Shown here: one piece after another, positions 50,525 to 60,643 of the stretch
Numbering within the stretch: the first letter of the stretch is position 1
Layout: each line of letters starts with the position of its first letter
Assembly (NCBI GenBank): GCA_963664825.1
Contig: OY761614.1
Coordinates: 3,410,697-3,474,696 of the forward strand
Length of the DNA: 64,000 nt
Direction: 5' to 3'
DNA from: an uncultured Holophaga sp.
Lineage (GTDB): Bacteria > Acidobacteriota > Holophagae > Holophagales > Holophagaceae
The notes under the pieces: model-generated
Told to the model about the DNA's origin: nothing
Databases searched by the model: none
The model's input: only the letters and a program-made list of their open reading frames with translations
Position numbers and translations under genes: made by a program

Positions 50525-52152
50525 GTATCGATTCACCCCCCTTGTCCCTGTGACCACGTAAGCCGGTGGCAGGCAGCCATGATGGGCTGGTGATGTCCCG
50601 CTTGCCCTGGCAGCCTCAGGCTGGTTCCAGTGCCGGTAGGGGCTGGTTGGATCGGGCGGAGTGGAGGGCCCTGAGCAGCCAGTCGAAGTAGGGGACGCCG
50701 CGGATGCGGGCGGTGGTGCCCAGGCTCAGGAGGCGTTCGAAGAATCGCTTTCCGTCCGCGCTGGGCAGTCGCTGGAAGATCCGCTTGAGGATCACGAGGG
50801 GGCGCAGGGCCCGCTCGGCCGCATTGTTCGTCGGCTCCACGCCCTCGACCTTCAGGAACACCCAGAGCTTGTCCCATTTCCGGAGGAGGTCCTTCCCGAG
50901 GTTTCGGGCGGCCTTGTGATCCATCGCGCTGGCCTGGATCAGACCGCGTTTGAGCCGCGCCAGATTGATGGCGGTGCAGGCCCGGAGCTCTTTCCGGCTG
51001 ATGTCGCCCGCCCGGAAGGTGTGCCACAGCGCAAAGATCTCCTCCTGCTCGGCGAGCAGTCGCTTTCCCAGTGCGGCCACCTCGGGCTTCTGGGATTCGC
51101 TCAGGGCGACGAACTCGCGGCGCAAATGGGCCCAGCAGAACTGGCGAACGGCAGATTTTAAGGCGTTGTAGGCGCCGTAGCGGTCCGTGCCAATCACGCC
51201 TTGGAAGTCCTCGGGAAGTATCGCCTTTAGGGCCCTCGCCCCACGGGTGTCACTGAAGTGGAAGAGGGCCGTACGGGCGGAAAGGGCCACCCAGATCCAG
51301 TCCCGGTCCTTCCGGCCGAAGCCGGTCTCGTCGAGGTTGAGCACATCCGCCGTACGGATCTGCTGGGAGAGGTCCTCCCAGGCGGGGAGTAGGTGGCTCC
51401 CCAGCGCCACACCGCTCTCGTGCAGCCAACCGCGTGAGACCGCTACGCCCGTCACCTCCGAGAGGAAACGCTGGAGCGGCGTCAGGCTCATGCGGCCCTC
51501 TGTGCGCAGATAGGCCGCCGCAGCCTGAAGGCGCGGGCCGATCCCGCCCGGCGCAGCCTCTGGGGGAAGCGGCGCCTGCACCTTCCTCTGGCAGTGCGGG
51601 CAGATCCCCTCCTCCAGCGCGTAGGCGATGACTTCTGTGAGGCGCTGAGCCAGATCCACCACCCGGTGCAGGCGCGTCCCGGTGATGGCCCCTGAAGGAA
51701 CCTCGCCTCGGCAGTGGGGGCAACAGGCGAGGGGCACCGAAACCGTACGGTCCTCGCTGCCTTCCGGCAGCATCACCCGAGCGGATCCCTTCCGTCCCGG
51801 TTGGCCGCCGCGCTTGCGCCCCGTGGGCGGCGCCGGTGGCTTGGGTGGCGCCGCGGGTCCGTCCGAACTGGGGGGCTTGCTGCTGTTGCGACTGTCCTTC
51901 CCGAGGCGATCCTGGAGCGACTCCAGCAATTTTTCCAGGCGTTCCATCGCCTCCCGCAGGCAGACCATTTCCGCACGCAGTTCCCCGTTCTCGGCAGCCA
52001 GGGCCAGATAACGCGGATCAGTCAGAACAGGATCAAGCTCCATCCTTCAGAATCTGACTGGTTTGAGACCAAAGTACAAGCGAATTATTCACTTGCGGTG
52101 ATTTTATCCTCAATCACGAGTTGAGCCTGCATGGGGGGGGGTGAATCGATAC
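50525..52152 (-). mobile_element. IS66-family element (single-ORF, ISBst12-like), 1628 bp, copy 1
   Basis: Terminal IRs GTATCGATTCACCCCCC / GGGGGGTGAATCGATAC; flanks are not duplicated. Confidence 0.93.
50616..52043 (-). CDS. IS66-family transposase
   Basis: DSRNSSKPPSSD, GGQPG, Zn finger, DET, TDRYGAY, CWAHLRR, PTNNAAERALR. Confidence 0.97.
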   Translation of the reverse strand: MELDPVLTDPRYLALAAENGELRAEMVCLREAMERLEKLLESLQDRLGKDSRNSSKPPSSDGPAAPPKPPAPPTGRKRGGQPGRKGSARVMLPEGSEDRTVSVPLACCPHCRGEVPSGAITGTRLHRVVDLAQRLTEVIAYALEEGICPHCQRKVQAPLPPEAAPGGIGPRLQAAAAYLRTEGRMSLTPLQRFLSEVTGVAVSRGWLHESGVALGSHLLPAWEDLSQQIRTADVLNLDETGFGRKDRDWIWVALSARTALFHFSDTRGARALKAILPEDFQGVIGTDRYGAYNALKSAVRQFCWAHLRREFVALSESQKPEVAALGKRLLAEQEEIFALWHTFRAGDISRKELRACTAINLARLKRGLIQASAMDHKAARNLGKDLLRKWDKLWVFLKVEGVEPTNNAAERALRPLVILKRIFQRLPSADGKRFFERLLSLGTTARIRGVPYFDWLLRALHSARSNQPLPALEPA

Positions 52153-52566
52153 GAACCATGTCCCGTAGTCCGGTTTGAGCTAGTGTAGCGCGGCAAAATG
52201 AATCGTCGGGAATCCGTCAGAAAGATTGGTAGCTTTCAATCATTTTGACGGATTTGGCCTATCGGCCTCAGGTTCCGCAACAGAAGCGGAATCTGTTGCG
52301 GAAACGCCACCTCCCCGTTCCCCAACTTCAATACCTTGCTCATCCCATTTCCTTCCCCGCCCCAACAGAAGACTCTGAAGTGTCTCCTGTCTCAAAAAGC
52401 TTGGCGCGGGGGGTACCGCGATTGGGGTGTCCCTGCACGAATGTCCTAAAAATGGTGGTTTTGATTTGGCGGATATTTTATCATTAGACGATGATCTCAT
52501 CCTCTGAAACCCAATTCCTTTCCTTGGGTTCATCTTGTGGCCAAATTTTGTTTCTGGAGAGCGGTC

Positions 52567-55500
52567 ATGGCTCTATCTGACGTAGGTCTATTGGTGCCTC
52601 GGTTCATTCGCGAATTAGTGGCAGCACTTCTGCTGCTTTCCTGGGGCTCCCTTTTTGCTCAAAGCTATCAGACAAATTTTGCGGAAGTCCAGCATGACCG
52701 AACGAAGGCTCCTTCGACTTTCCACGGTGGGGTTGATGTTGAGGCTTCAACAGGTGCTGTCAATGTGAATGTCCCTCTTGGGCCTGGGATAGGGGCTCGT
52801 GGAGCTGTATTCCGGCCCGTGCTTCATGGCCGTTTTGCTCCAGCAATAATGAATGTTTTGACTTCTGACATAATTACAATAAATAATGTGGCGTATCTAT
52901 TTGCCTTAACCAAGGGGCAGATCACTAGCCCTGACGGTTTTACGCTAAGCGCGGGTGATTTGAGGATCCCTCTAGGAAATAGGGGCGATCAGCTTTACGG
53001 GGCGTGGGGCTACACGCTCCCTGATGGAAGCGCGGGCAGCCTCAACCCTGTGACACAGCAGCTTCCGCAAGGGGCAGAGATTGATCCCAAGCATTTGGCC
53101 TCTCGTTTCGGTTTTGGGTCTGAGTGGTCAGGTCCATCATCTATCATGCCCCAATACCGTGGGGGGGGGCAGGGGGAACTCGGAGTGCCGCTCTGCAGTG
53201 TTCAGAAACCTCAGATCGTTCGCCCTACCTCAATCATGAATGACGAGAGCACCCCTGTAGATGACCCGGATGGCTTGCCTGGCCAAATCACTGCACCTTC
53301 CGTTGTGCTGATCGTGAAGGCGGAGGTGGCTTATGAATACAGTTTCCAAGAATTTGTTTATCATCGACGTAAACGTCGTCCAGATGATAATAAAACCGAG
53401 TACCCAGCCAAGTATTATGACAGTAACGGCGAACTGCTTATTTTTGATAGCAAACTTGCTTACTACCGTTTGACCCGAATTATCAACCGTCTTGGGGAAT
53501 CGATTACTATCACCTACAATAGCGGGCCTGGGGCCTTCACGGCGACTTGGTCGGTGGATCAATCTCAAACGATAACGGTTGCAAGCGGTGCCCAAAGCTG
53601 TGTAACATACAACGCATTTGGGACTGACTTCAACTACACTATAGTCAAAGAAACCTATCCTGGATCCCAATACGGGAACCCTCTTTTTAATGATCATTTG
53701 AATTACCGGAGTTCCAATTTGGAGGGACAGATCTATATTGGGTCTGAAAGCTATACCCCGCCTCTTTGGGTGAGCCAGGTTACTCAGGATTCAACCCAGG
53801 AAAACATTGGATTCACTTACGACAACCAGCAAAGCATTCGTTTGGATATTTTGGATGACCGCGCTCGTGGGTGTAAAACCGTCGTACTTCGCTCCGTCTC
53901 ATTCCCTGGGCGAACGGTGGGTTTCGATTGGGCACGCTACCCATATCGTCGCAATGTGTATGATTCCCTGGATGCTGGAGGCTGGAAAGGCTATGCGGGA
54001 CAATTTGGAGACGCTCCTGTGGGCATGCTGGAGCTGGTCCCAGGTGGTTGGCAGCAGGCTTTTTTAGGTGTTTCCAAGATCACAGAAACGGACCAAGCCA
54101 GTGGTCAGGTGCGGATCACCACCCATGACCGCGTCGTCCCTATCCCGGATACCACGACTCCCTGTCAGTGGCTGAGCACCGAATTCAAAGACAATATCAC
54201 TTATCCTGACGGCAGCTCGTCCTTGCTGCAATTCGTGGGTCCCATCAATAATGGGCATACCGGAGGAAGCCAAGGAAGCACCCTCGACGAGCAGATGCAG
54301 ACGTTGGCTCACCTGAAACACCAACTGGCAGCACAACTCGACCAAGGGAAAGCCGCTCCTGGGCGTGGAGGGATGCTTCGGCGGGCAGTTGCTTATGATC
54401 GATGGGATGTGCGGAGCATTGCGAATGCCTCCGGTTCCATCCTGACAACCAGTGTTCCTTACCCTACCCGTATCAGAGTTTATGACTATCTTGCAGGCCA
54501 GGGAATGGGAACTGAACAATTAGAATGGGACGCTACGAACCTTGGTTGGACCTGGACGCTTCAGGCGAGCTTCACTGATCCATCCCGAGCATTTGGGGGT
54601 AGCAATTCTGAGATTTGCAGTCTTGCACAGCGTGGAGCAGGTAATCCGGCCGCACCAAGCGATGCCGCTTATCAGAAGGACACCCGTCGCGTCTTTTCCT
54701 CAGTACCTAAGGAGTGGATTTTTAATCGAGTAGATTCCGAACAGAGCACCATCAAAGATCAAACCGAGGGGCATGATGTTTCGACGCCAGCCAGCCTTAC
54801 TCTTCCTCGTCAGAGCACAGCTTGGGATCCCGCAGTCAGCTTTTTGAGTCGTCCAACAACAACGACCCTTGTATCAGCAGATGTTGGGAGCTTCACAACT
54901 TCATACAGCTATCTGGGTACCGAGGGTGCCAAAGCGACACAGATTCAGGGCATTACTGTAGTAAATAATTCTTTGGTAATGGGTAACGGAGAAATCGGCA
55001 TCCAAAAATATGAATACAACCCACGAGGATCGCTCTGTCTCATCCAGAACAGAGGAATGAACTGGAACATGCAGCAGACCAGCGATGCCCTTGGTCGTCC
55101 TATTGATCAGACGGATCCTAGTGGGCTTGTGACCCAGATTCAGTGGGGTCCGGCGGGTCGCCTCAAATCTGTCCAGCCCTCCAGCGAAAAGGGGATATCC
55201 CTCGTTTGGGACGACGACAATCTGGGGGTTGTGATGAACCGGGGCGTTCAGAGCACCCATCTGCGTTACAACGGTTTCGGAGATCTGATTTGCGAAACCA
55301 GGAACAATCCCGGCGGTACTCAATCCCATCGTAGCTATGGATATGATGCCTCAGGGCGTAAAACATGGGAAAGTCTTTGGCTTCGGGGGCCTGGCGCGGA
55401 CACGTTTTGGACACAGGCTACGCCGGAAGGAGGAATGGGTTGGGTCTATACATATGATGAATTCGGACGCGTGACCCGCTCAGTGGACCCTAACGGTTCC

Positions 55501-58500
55501 ATCACAGATACGGCCTACAGTGTGGATGGCAACCCACGCGTAAACATTCAGAAGGTCTATCCATCCCCCACTAAAGAACTGGTGACCACCTTCACCCACG
55601 ATCTATTAGGGCGCCTTGTTGGGGTTAAAGATCCCAAAAATCAGACAACGACCTATGCTTTCAATGCGCGGGGTCAGCGCACTCGCGTTGATCAGGTAGG
55701 GGATAGCAAGGAGCAACTTCGAATCTGGACTTACAATGATGTTGGTTGGCTGACGTCGTTGGCGCAGCCGGAGAGTGGCATTACCCGTTTCGAACAATTC
55801 ACCGTGGTGGGAAAGCCAACTTTAACTACCTACGCAGGGGACGGGAGCACTCCGGCGCGACAGGTTCAGACCACGTTTGATAGTATTATGCGAGTCCTTC
55901 GTGTGGCCGCTGCAGATGGATCGGTGGATCAGACCTTTACCTATGATGAGGCGAACCATGGTGCCGCTAATAACAAACTGACAACAGACATGGACTTAGG
56001 TGTAAGTAGAAGCTATACCTACGATGCCGCTTTCAACGGACGGTTAAGTCGGTTGGAGACGAATTTCCCAGGGGTTGGAACCCCCTTGGCCCAGACTTTT
56101 ACTTACAATACTTACGGGCTACGCACAAGCGCTGTGACCGATCAGCGCAGTGTTTCCACGACCTTTACCGAGGAAACAGGGCTGCCGAGTTCCGTAGGTT
56201 ATCAGGGGAATCAAATCGCAGTGACGGCATACTACCAGGATCCCAGGACCCTGGCCAATCTGAGTTATCAGGGCGCGGCGAGCGTTGCCAGTTTCTTTAC
56301 TTACGCTGATGACCAAATTCGTCTTAAAACGCTTTCCCACACATTCGCCGACCAAACGGTGGCCCAGCCCTCCTGGGTCTATCGGTATGATGGTGCCGGG
56401 CGATTGCTAACGGACGGAGACGATAGTTACGAGTATGATGATTTGGATCGCCTACAAAAGGCCACGATCCGTTGCCTGGATGGTAGTCAACTCATACAAA
56501 ACTTTGACTTTGACGCTTTTGGCAACTTGCTGTCCATCCAAAATAGCAGGGACGACATTGGCTTAAAGGGGAATTTCACGCATCTACCGTCGGACCCAGA
56601 TATGGCAAACCTTGCCAGTCGGAATCGCCTGCCCCGCAATGATAAGACGGGTGCTGTGTACGACGGACAGGGGAACCTGACTCAAGTCTTTGCGACCTTT
56701 AGCGAGGCAAATGATGCCCGGAGTCTTACCTACGATGCCCTGGGACGCGTGACGAGTCTGGGGGATTCCAGTCTGGGCGTATCTGAGCGCTACCGGTACA
56801 CAGCCGATGGCCTGCGGGCTGTTATTGAAGTGCGTCAAGGGACCACACTCAAGGAACGGCGCTATTGTATCTACAATGACGCGCGTCAATTGGTGAGCCA
56901 GTATTTGGAAAACTTACAGGGTGGAACTGTTCCCACTTCAGGAGGGATGCTTAAGGCTAAGCTAGCTGTGAAAAATATGGCGGCAACCAAACCCAAAGCC
57001 GGAGCAGTGATCGACACCCCTTCAACCGATATCACTGTGAAGGTGGGAAACAACATTTGGTTTCATGGGTCATCCTGCCATGCAGATATGGGCAACTGGG
57101 CTTTCGGGGATGGTACGCAAGGCGGACATGCTTCGGACGACGGCGTGTTTTCTGCCACGCACGCTTATGCGACTCCAGGTGTTTACACTGTGACTCTCAA
57201 GGTAAGCGACAGTCAGTTGATTTATGGTTCCGACTCCGCCACACGAAAGGTGACCGTTCTGGCAAGTCCTCCAGTGATTCAAAGTTTCACGACCAGTGCT
57301 ACGACGATTCGCATTGGAGAGAGCGTGACTCTGGCCTGGTCTGCTTCCGCCACCACGATCACCGTTGCCGGCAGCGCAGTATCTGCTATTGGAAGCCAAT
57401 CCGTGAGCCCCACTGTGAACACTACGTATACCCTAGTGGCCATGAATCCAGCAGGGACAGTGAGCCAATCCGTTACTGTTGTGGTTGTGCAATCACCAAC
57501 GATTTCAGGTTTCTATGCAAATCCAGTTAACATTTTCCAGGGGGATGGCACGACGTTGGCATGGAGCGTCAGTGGAGCCACTAGCCTTAGCATGGATAAT
57601 GGAATTGGGGATGTGACCGGGAAGAGTGAGTATGGGGTGAGCCCTAGCGGGGGGACAACCTATGTGCTGACGGCGACCAACACGCTGAATGGCCTGAGTG
57701 TGAGCCGGAGCTCGAGCCTGGGTGTGAGTGTCAACCCTAGGCCCACAGTACCAAACATTCTTACGTTTGCTGCAGATGCGACCAGCGTCAATGAGGGTGA
57801 GGGAACGTATTTGCGGTGGAACGTGACGAATGGGGTGGGAACCGTGAGTGTGACGTTCAGCGGTGCTGCGGTCGCAGCCAGTGGGACACGATGGGTTACC
57901 CCATCGAATACAACCAGCTTCCGACTAGTGGCCACCAATGATTTGGACGCCAGTAAACTTGTAAGTTCCGATGTGACAGTGAAAGTAATTCCAAAACCTG
58001 TCGTAAAAGCTCCTGTTATACAGACATTTAGTGGGCCGTCATGGGTGCCAGAAGGGAACAATGGAACCTTGAGTTGGAGTGTGGTCAACGATCCGACTTC
58101 CGTTGTAATTACTCCAAATATTGGTTTAGTTGGGGCTTCTGGTCAAATAAGTGTGACTATTTTGAAGGATACAACTTATACAATTACTGCCACCAACTCG
58201 GCTGGTTCTGATAGCATCAGCTTTTCGATAGGGGTTATTCCGACACAACTCGTGATCAAGACTTTTAAAGCAGATGTTGGCACAATTACTCTAGGCCGGA
58301 GCACGACGTTGAGTTGGGATGTACCTGGTGCCACGAGTTTTAAAATAAATGGTATAGATGTGAGCGGGAACAGCGTGGTGGTGGCACCTGGGAGCAGTAC
58401 GGATTACACATTGGTGGCGTCAAATGGCAGCCAGAATGTAGAAAGTCCGACTGTGCATGTGACGGTGCAGGTAGCCGGAAGCCTGTTATGGAAGCGTGAT

Positions 58501-59469
58501 ATCGTTTACATGGGTGGTAAGGAAATCGCGGAATTCGATAACCAAGGGATGCATGTCACCCTGGTGGACCATCTTGGTAGTCCTAGGTTTTTGGTTCAGC
58601 CTGGAGGTAGGGTGTTGCAGCAAAAGTTTACTCCATTTGGAGAATCTTTGATAAGTACAGACACTTCTGACAAATTTGGCAAAGGATTCACGAACCACGA
58701 GCAGACTGACACATCAGGGCTCATTTACATGCAGGCTCGCATGTACTTGCCCGCCTATGGGCGCTTTGCAAGCCCCGATCCGGCCAAGGATCAGCATCCA
58801 GATGACCCGCAAAGTTGGAATCTGTATAGCTACTGCACTAATAACCCGGTCTCGAAGACCGATCCCACTGGAATGTGGGAATGGCCTGAATGGGCGCAAA
58901 AGGTAAGTAGTCTTGCGGCCTATGGGAAATGGCAGACGTTCGATCAAAACACGAAAAACGTTGTCTATTCTCAAACCCCCATTGGGCCTGATGGTCGTCG
59001 TCAAATCGACACAACCTGGGGTGTGAACGTCAACGGCGAATACATTAAGCAATACGACCATCGAGCCATTCAGGATGACAGCGGTAGTTTGCTTGTGTTG
59101 GCTGGCGCTGCAAAGCTGACCGGAAGCCTCGCGAGAGCTGGTACAGAAGCATTGACAAGAGAAGCTGGATCTGCTGCAGCAAGCACTCAAGAGACCACTG
59201 TTATTGGAAGAGTCAGAGACCTTCAGGCGCTACAGTCTGGGGAACGATCCTTGTTAGATCGCCTTCCAGATCAAGGAAGCCCACAGGCAAACTGGGCGCA
59301 AAACTCGGGAGTGCTTAGACAAGAGTTATCGCGAGGGCTACCCATTAGAGATGCGTCACCAGGTGATGTGAGTGGTCAATTCTTAAATGCTGAGCGAAAT
59401 TTGTTGAGAGATCGTGGCTGGACATTTGATTCGAAGAGCAACTTTTGGAATCCTCCGGTGGAGAAATGA
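52567..59469 (+). CDS. Rhs/YD-repeat polymorphic toxin with signal peptide and internal PKD plus five Ig-like domains
   Basis: Signal LFA|QSYQ; many YD repeats; core DHLGSPR, GFTNHEQ, YMQARMY, NNPVSKTDPTG; starts at 52537/52594 also possible. Confidence 0.95.
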   Translation: MALSDVGLLVPRFIRELVAALLLLSWGSLFAQSYQTNFAEVQHDRTKAPSTFHGGVDVEASTGAVNVNVPLGPGIGARGAVFRPVLHGRFAPAIMNVLTSDIITINNVAYLFALTKGQITSPDGFTLSAGDLRIPLGNRGDQLYGAWGYTLPDGSAGSLNPVTQQLPQGAEIDPKHLASRFGFGSEWSGPSSIMPQYRGGGQGELGVPLCSVQKPQIVRPTSIMNDESTPVDDPDGLPGQITAPSVVLIVKAEVAYEYSFQEFVYHRRKRRPDDNKTEYPAKYYDSNGELLIFDSKLAYYRLTRIINRLGESITITYNSGPGAFTATWSVDQSQTITVASGAQSCVTYNAFGTDFNYTIVKETYPGSQYGNPLFNDHLNYRSSNLEGQIYIGSESYTPPLWVSQVTQDSTQENIGFTYDNQQSIRLDILDDRARGCKTVVLRSVSFPGRTVGFDWARYPYRRNVYDSLDAGGWKGYAGQFGDAPVGMLELVPGGWQQAFLGVSKITETDQASGQVRITTHDRVVPIPDTTTPCQWLSTEFKDNITYPDGSSSLLQFVGPINNGHTGGSQGSTLDEQMQTLAHLKHQLAAQLDQGKAAPGRGGMLRRAVAYDRWDVRSIANASGSILTTSVPYPTRIRVYDYLAGQGMGTEQLEWDATNLGWTWTLQASFTDPSRAFGGSNSEICSLAQRGAGNPAAPSDAAYQKDTRRVFSSVPKEWIFNRVDSEQSTIKDQTEGHDVSTPASLTLPRQSTAWDPAVSFLSRPTTTTLVSADVGSFTTSYSYLGTEGAKATQIQGITVVNNSLVMGNGEIGIQKYEYNPRGSLCLIQNRGMNWNMQQTSDALGRPIDQTDPSGLVTQIQWGPAGRLKSVQPSSEKGISLVWDDDNLGVVMNRGVQSTHLRYNGFGDLICETRNNPGGTQSHRSYGYDASGRKTWESLWLRGPGADTFWTQATPEGGMGWVYTYDEFGRVTRSVDPNGSITDTAYSVDGNPRVNIQKVYPSPTKELVTTFTHDLLGRLVGVKDPKNQTTTYAFNARGQRTRVDQVGDSKEQLRIWTYNDVGWLTSLAQPESGITRFEQFTVVGKPTLTTYAGDGSTPARQVQTTFDSIMRVLRVAAADGSVDQTFTYDEANHGAANNKLTTDMDLGVSRSYTYDAAFNGRLSRLETNFPGVGTPLAQTFTYNTYGLRTSAVTDQRSVSTTFTEETGLPSSVGYQGNQIAVTAYYQDPRTLANLSYQGAASVASFFTYADDQIRLKTLSHTFADQTVAQPSWVYRYDGAGRLLTDGDDSYEYDDLDRLQKATIRCLDGSQLIQNFDFDAFGNLLSIQNSRDDIGLKGNFTHLPSDPDMANLASRNRLPRNDKTGAVYDGQGNLTQVFATFSEANDARSLTYDALGRVTSLGDSSLGVSERYRYTADGLRAVIEVRQGTTLKERRYCIYNDARQLVSQYLENLQGGTVPTSGGMLKAKLAVKNMAATKPKAGAVIDTPSTDITVKVGNNIWFHGSSCHADMGNWAFGDGTQGGHASDDGVFSATHAYATPGVYTVTLKVSDSQLIYGSDSATRKVTVLASPPVIQSFTTSATTIRIGESVTLAWSASATTITVAGSAVSAIGSQSVSPTVNTTYTLVAMNPAGTVSQSVTVVVVQSPTISGFYANPVNIFQGDGTTLAWSVSGATSLSMDNGIGDVTGKSEYGVSPSGGTTYVLTATNTLNGLSVSRSSSLGVSVNPRPTVPNILTFAADATSVNEGEGTYLRWNVTNGVGTVSVTFSGAAVAASGTRWVTPSNTTSFRLVATNDLDASKLVSSDVTVKVIPKPVVKAPVIQTFSGPSWVPEGNNGTLSWSVVNDPTSVVITPNIGLVGASGQISVTILKDTTYTITATNSAGSDSISFSIGVIPTQLVIKTFKADVGTITLGRSTTLSWDVPGATSFKINGIDVSGNSVVVAPGSSTDYTLVASNGSQNVESPTVHVTVQVAGSLLWKRDIVYMGGKEIAEFDNQGMHVTLVDHLGSPRFLVQPGGRVLQQKFTPFGESLISTDTSDKFGKGFTNHEQTDTSGLIYMQARMYLPAYGRFASPDPAKDQHPDDPQSWNLYSYCTNNPVSKTDPTGMWEWPEWAQKVSSLAAYGKWQTFDQNTKNVVYSQTPIGPDGRRQIDTTWGVNVNGEYIKQYDHRAIQDDSGSLLVLAGAAKLTGSLARAGTEALTREAGSAAASTQETTVIGRVRDLQALQSGERSLLDRLPDQGSPQANWAQNSGVLRQELSRGLPIRDASPGDVSGQFLNAERNLLRDRGWTFDSKSNFWNPPVEK

Positions 59470-60053
59470 AAAGGAAAATTGCAACAGTGTATCCAGGAAA
59501 TGAAGCTATTGACTTGAAAGAGATTGCTCAAGAATCGTTGCCATTTATTACTGAATTAGGCTTCATTGTCGTTGAGTCATCGCCAAATATCGTTCGTTAT
59601 CAACGGAATGGAATTGAGATCGAGGTATATCACGAGCACATTTCGCACGAAATTGGACTCGGAGTCAGATGTTTAGGTGTTCGTTATTCCTTGTCGGATG
59701 TCATCCGGGCTGTAAATCCAATTGCGGCAAAAGAGTTTCGTGATGCAGCTGCGACTACACCTGAAGAAATGGTGGTCGGCCTGAAGGCGGCGGGACAGAT
59801 GCTTCTGCGTTATGGAAGTTCTGTGATGAAGGGTGATTTGGAATCTTGTGAAGCGCTAGCAGTTCAGCGAAAGGCATGGGGTGAAGAATATGCTCTCGAT
59901 GTCCTCACCAATCAATTACGGCCACAAGCGGAAGAAGCCTTTCGGGGTGAAAATTATTTGAAGGTAGTTGAACTCTACACCCGCATCTATCCTCGATTGA
60001 GCCCATCAGAAATCAAGAAGCTTGCGATTGCTAAAGAGCGTAGTAAGGGCTAA
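59466..60053 (+). CDS. Putative cognate immunity protein
   Basis: ATGA overlap with the Rhs stop; AT-rich, 195 aa. Confidence 0.75.
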   Translation: MKRKIATVYPGNEAIDLKEIAQESLPFITELGFIVVESSPNIVRYQRNGIEIEVYHEHISHEIGLGVRCLGVRYSLSDVIRAVNPIAAKEFRDAAATTPEEMVVGLKAAGQMLLRYGSSVMKGDLESCEALAVQRKAWGEEYALDVLTNQLRPQAEEAFRGENYLKVVELYTRIYPRLSPSEIKKLAIAKERSKG

Positions 60054-60121
60054 TCGATAATTTTTTCAGATGACAGACTGCCAGAGTTCAGGAGAAGACC
60101 CCTCCCGTTTTTCGGCAGTTT

Positions 60122-60336
60122 CAGAAAGGGCCTCGCGGCCCTTTCTGCTTTTCACCTCTGCCGTGTGTCCCGGTCGTGAGCCCCCCGCAGGGGGATGGGG
60201 CTCATGGCCGGGTGCAAGCGTTCTACTTGTTTGTGCGGTCTTTGATACTTGGATGACCCGAATACTTCCACGGACACCCCGCGATCCGGGAGCGTGCCAG
60301 GCACATTTCCTGGCGCGATTCCGGAGGGGTGGGCCG
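60122..60336 (+). other. Structured non-coding element (multiple hairpins)
   Basis: CAGAAAGGGCC/GGCCCTTTCTG; CCCGGTCGTGAGCCCC/GGGGCTCATGGCCGGG; CGTGCCAGG/CCTGGCGCG. Confidence 0.55.
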
Positions 60337-60486
60337 GGTGATGCGTTCCCGATGGACTCTTTTTGGCTGCAACAGGTCAAGCCAAAGTGGAAACAAGGGC
60401 GCTCGAAGAGCGTCCGCCAGTTTCCCGTTTTGAGTCGCAATGGATGCGTTTCTGAGGTGGTATTGATGGCCAAAGACCATCCCCGA

Positions 60487-60640
60487 TAGGGTAATGCCCG
60501 CAACAGAACAATATCCCAACGGCTACTGGAAGCTTGAGAAGCCTATGTCCAATGGGAGTTGGCAGCCGATTGATCCATCGACAATGAAGCCTGGGGGTCG
60601 CCCTCAAACCCATGTCCCATTGCCGGGAGCGGAGGATTGA
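60487..60640 (+). pseudogene. 5'-truncated orphan toxin tip
   Basis: [14 protein letters not shown]...[10 protein letters not shown], identical to the end of 61004-61486. Confidence 0.8.
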
Positions 60641-60643
60641 ACC

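Noticed and set aside
52923..52929. CA|CTAGC as the prophage right end with a 5-bp duplication
   Set aside because: Lies inside the intact Rhs ORF with no convincing cluster of end motifs; likely chance.
60066..60503. ORFs 60070-60489 (+) and 60066-60503 (-) as genes
   Set aside because: No recognisable domain or RBS, and they overlap strong hairpins; treated as non-coding.
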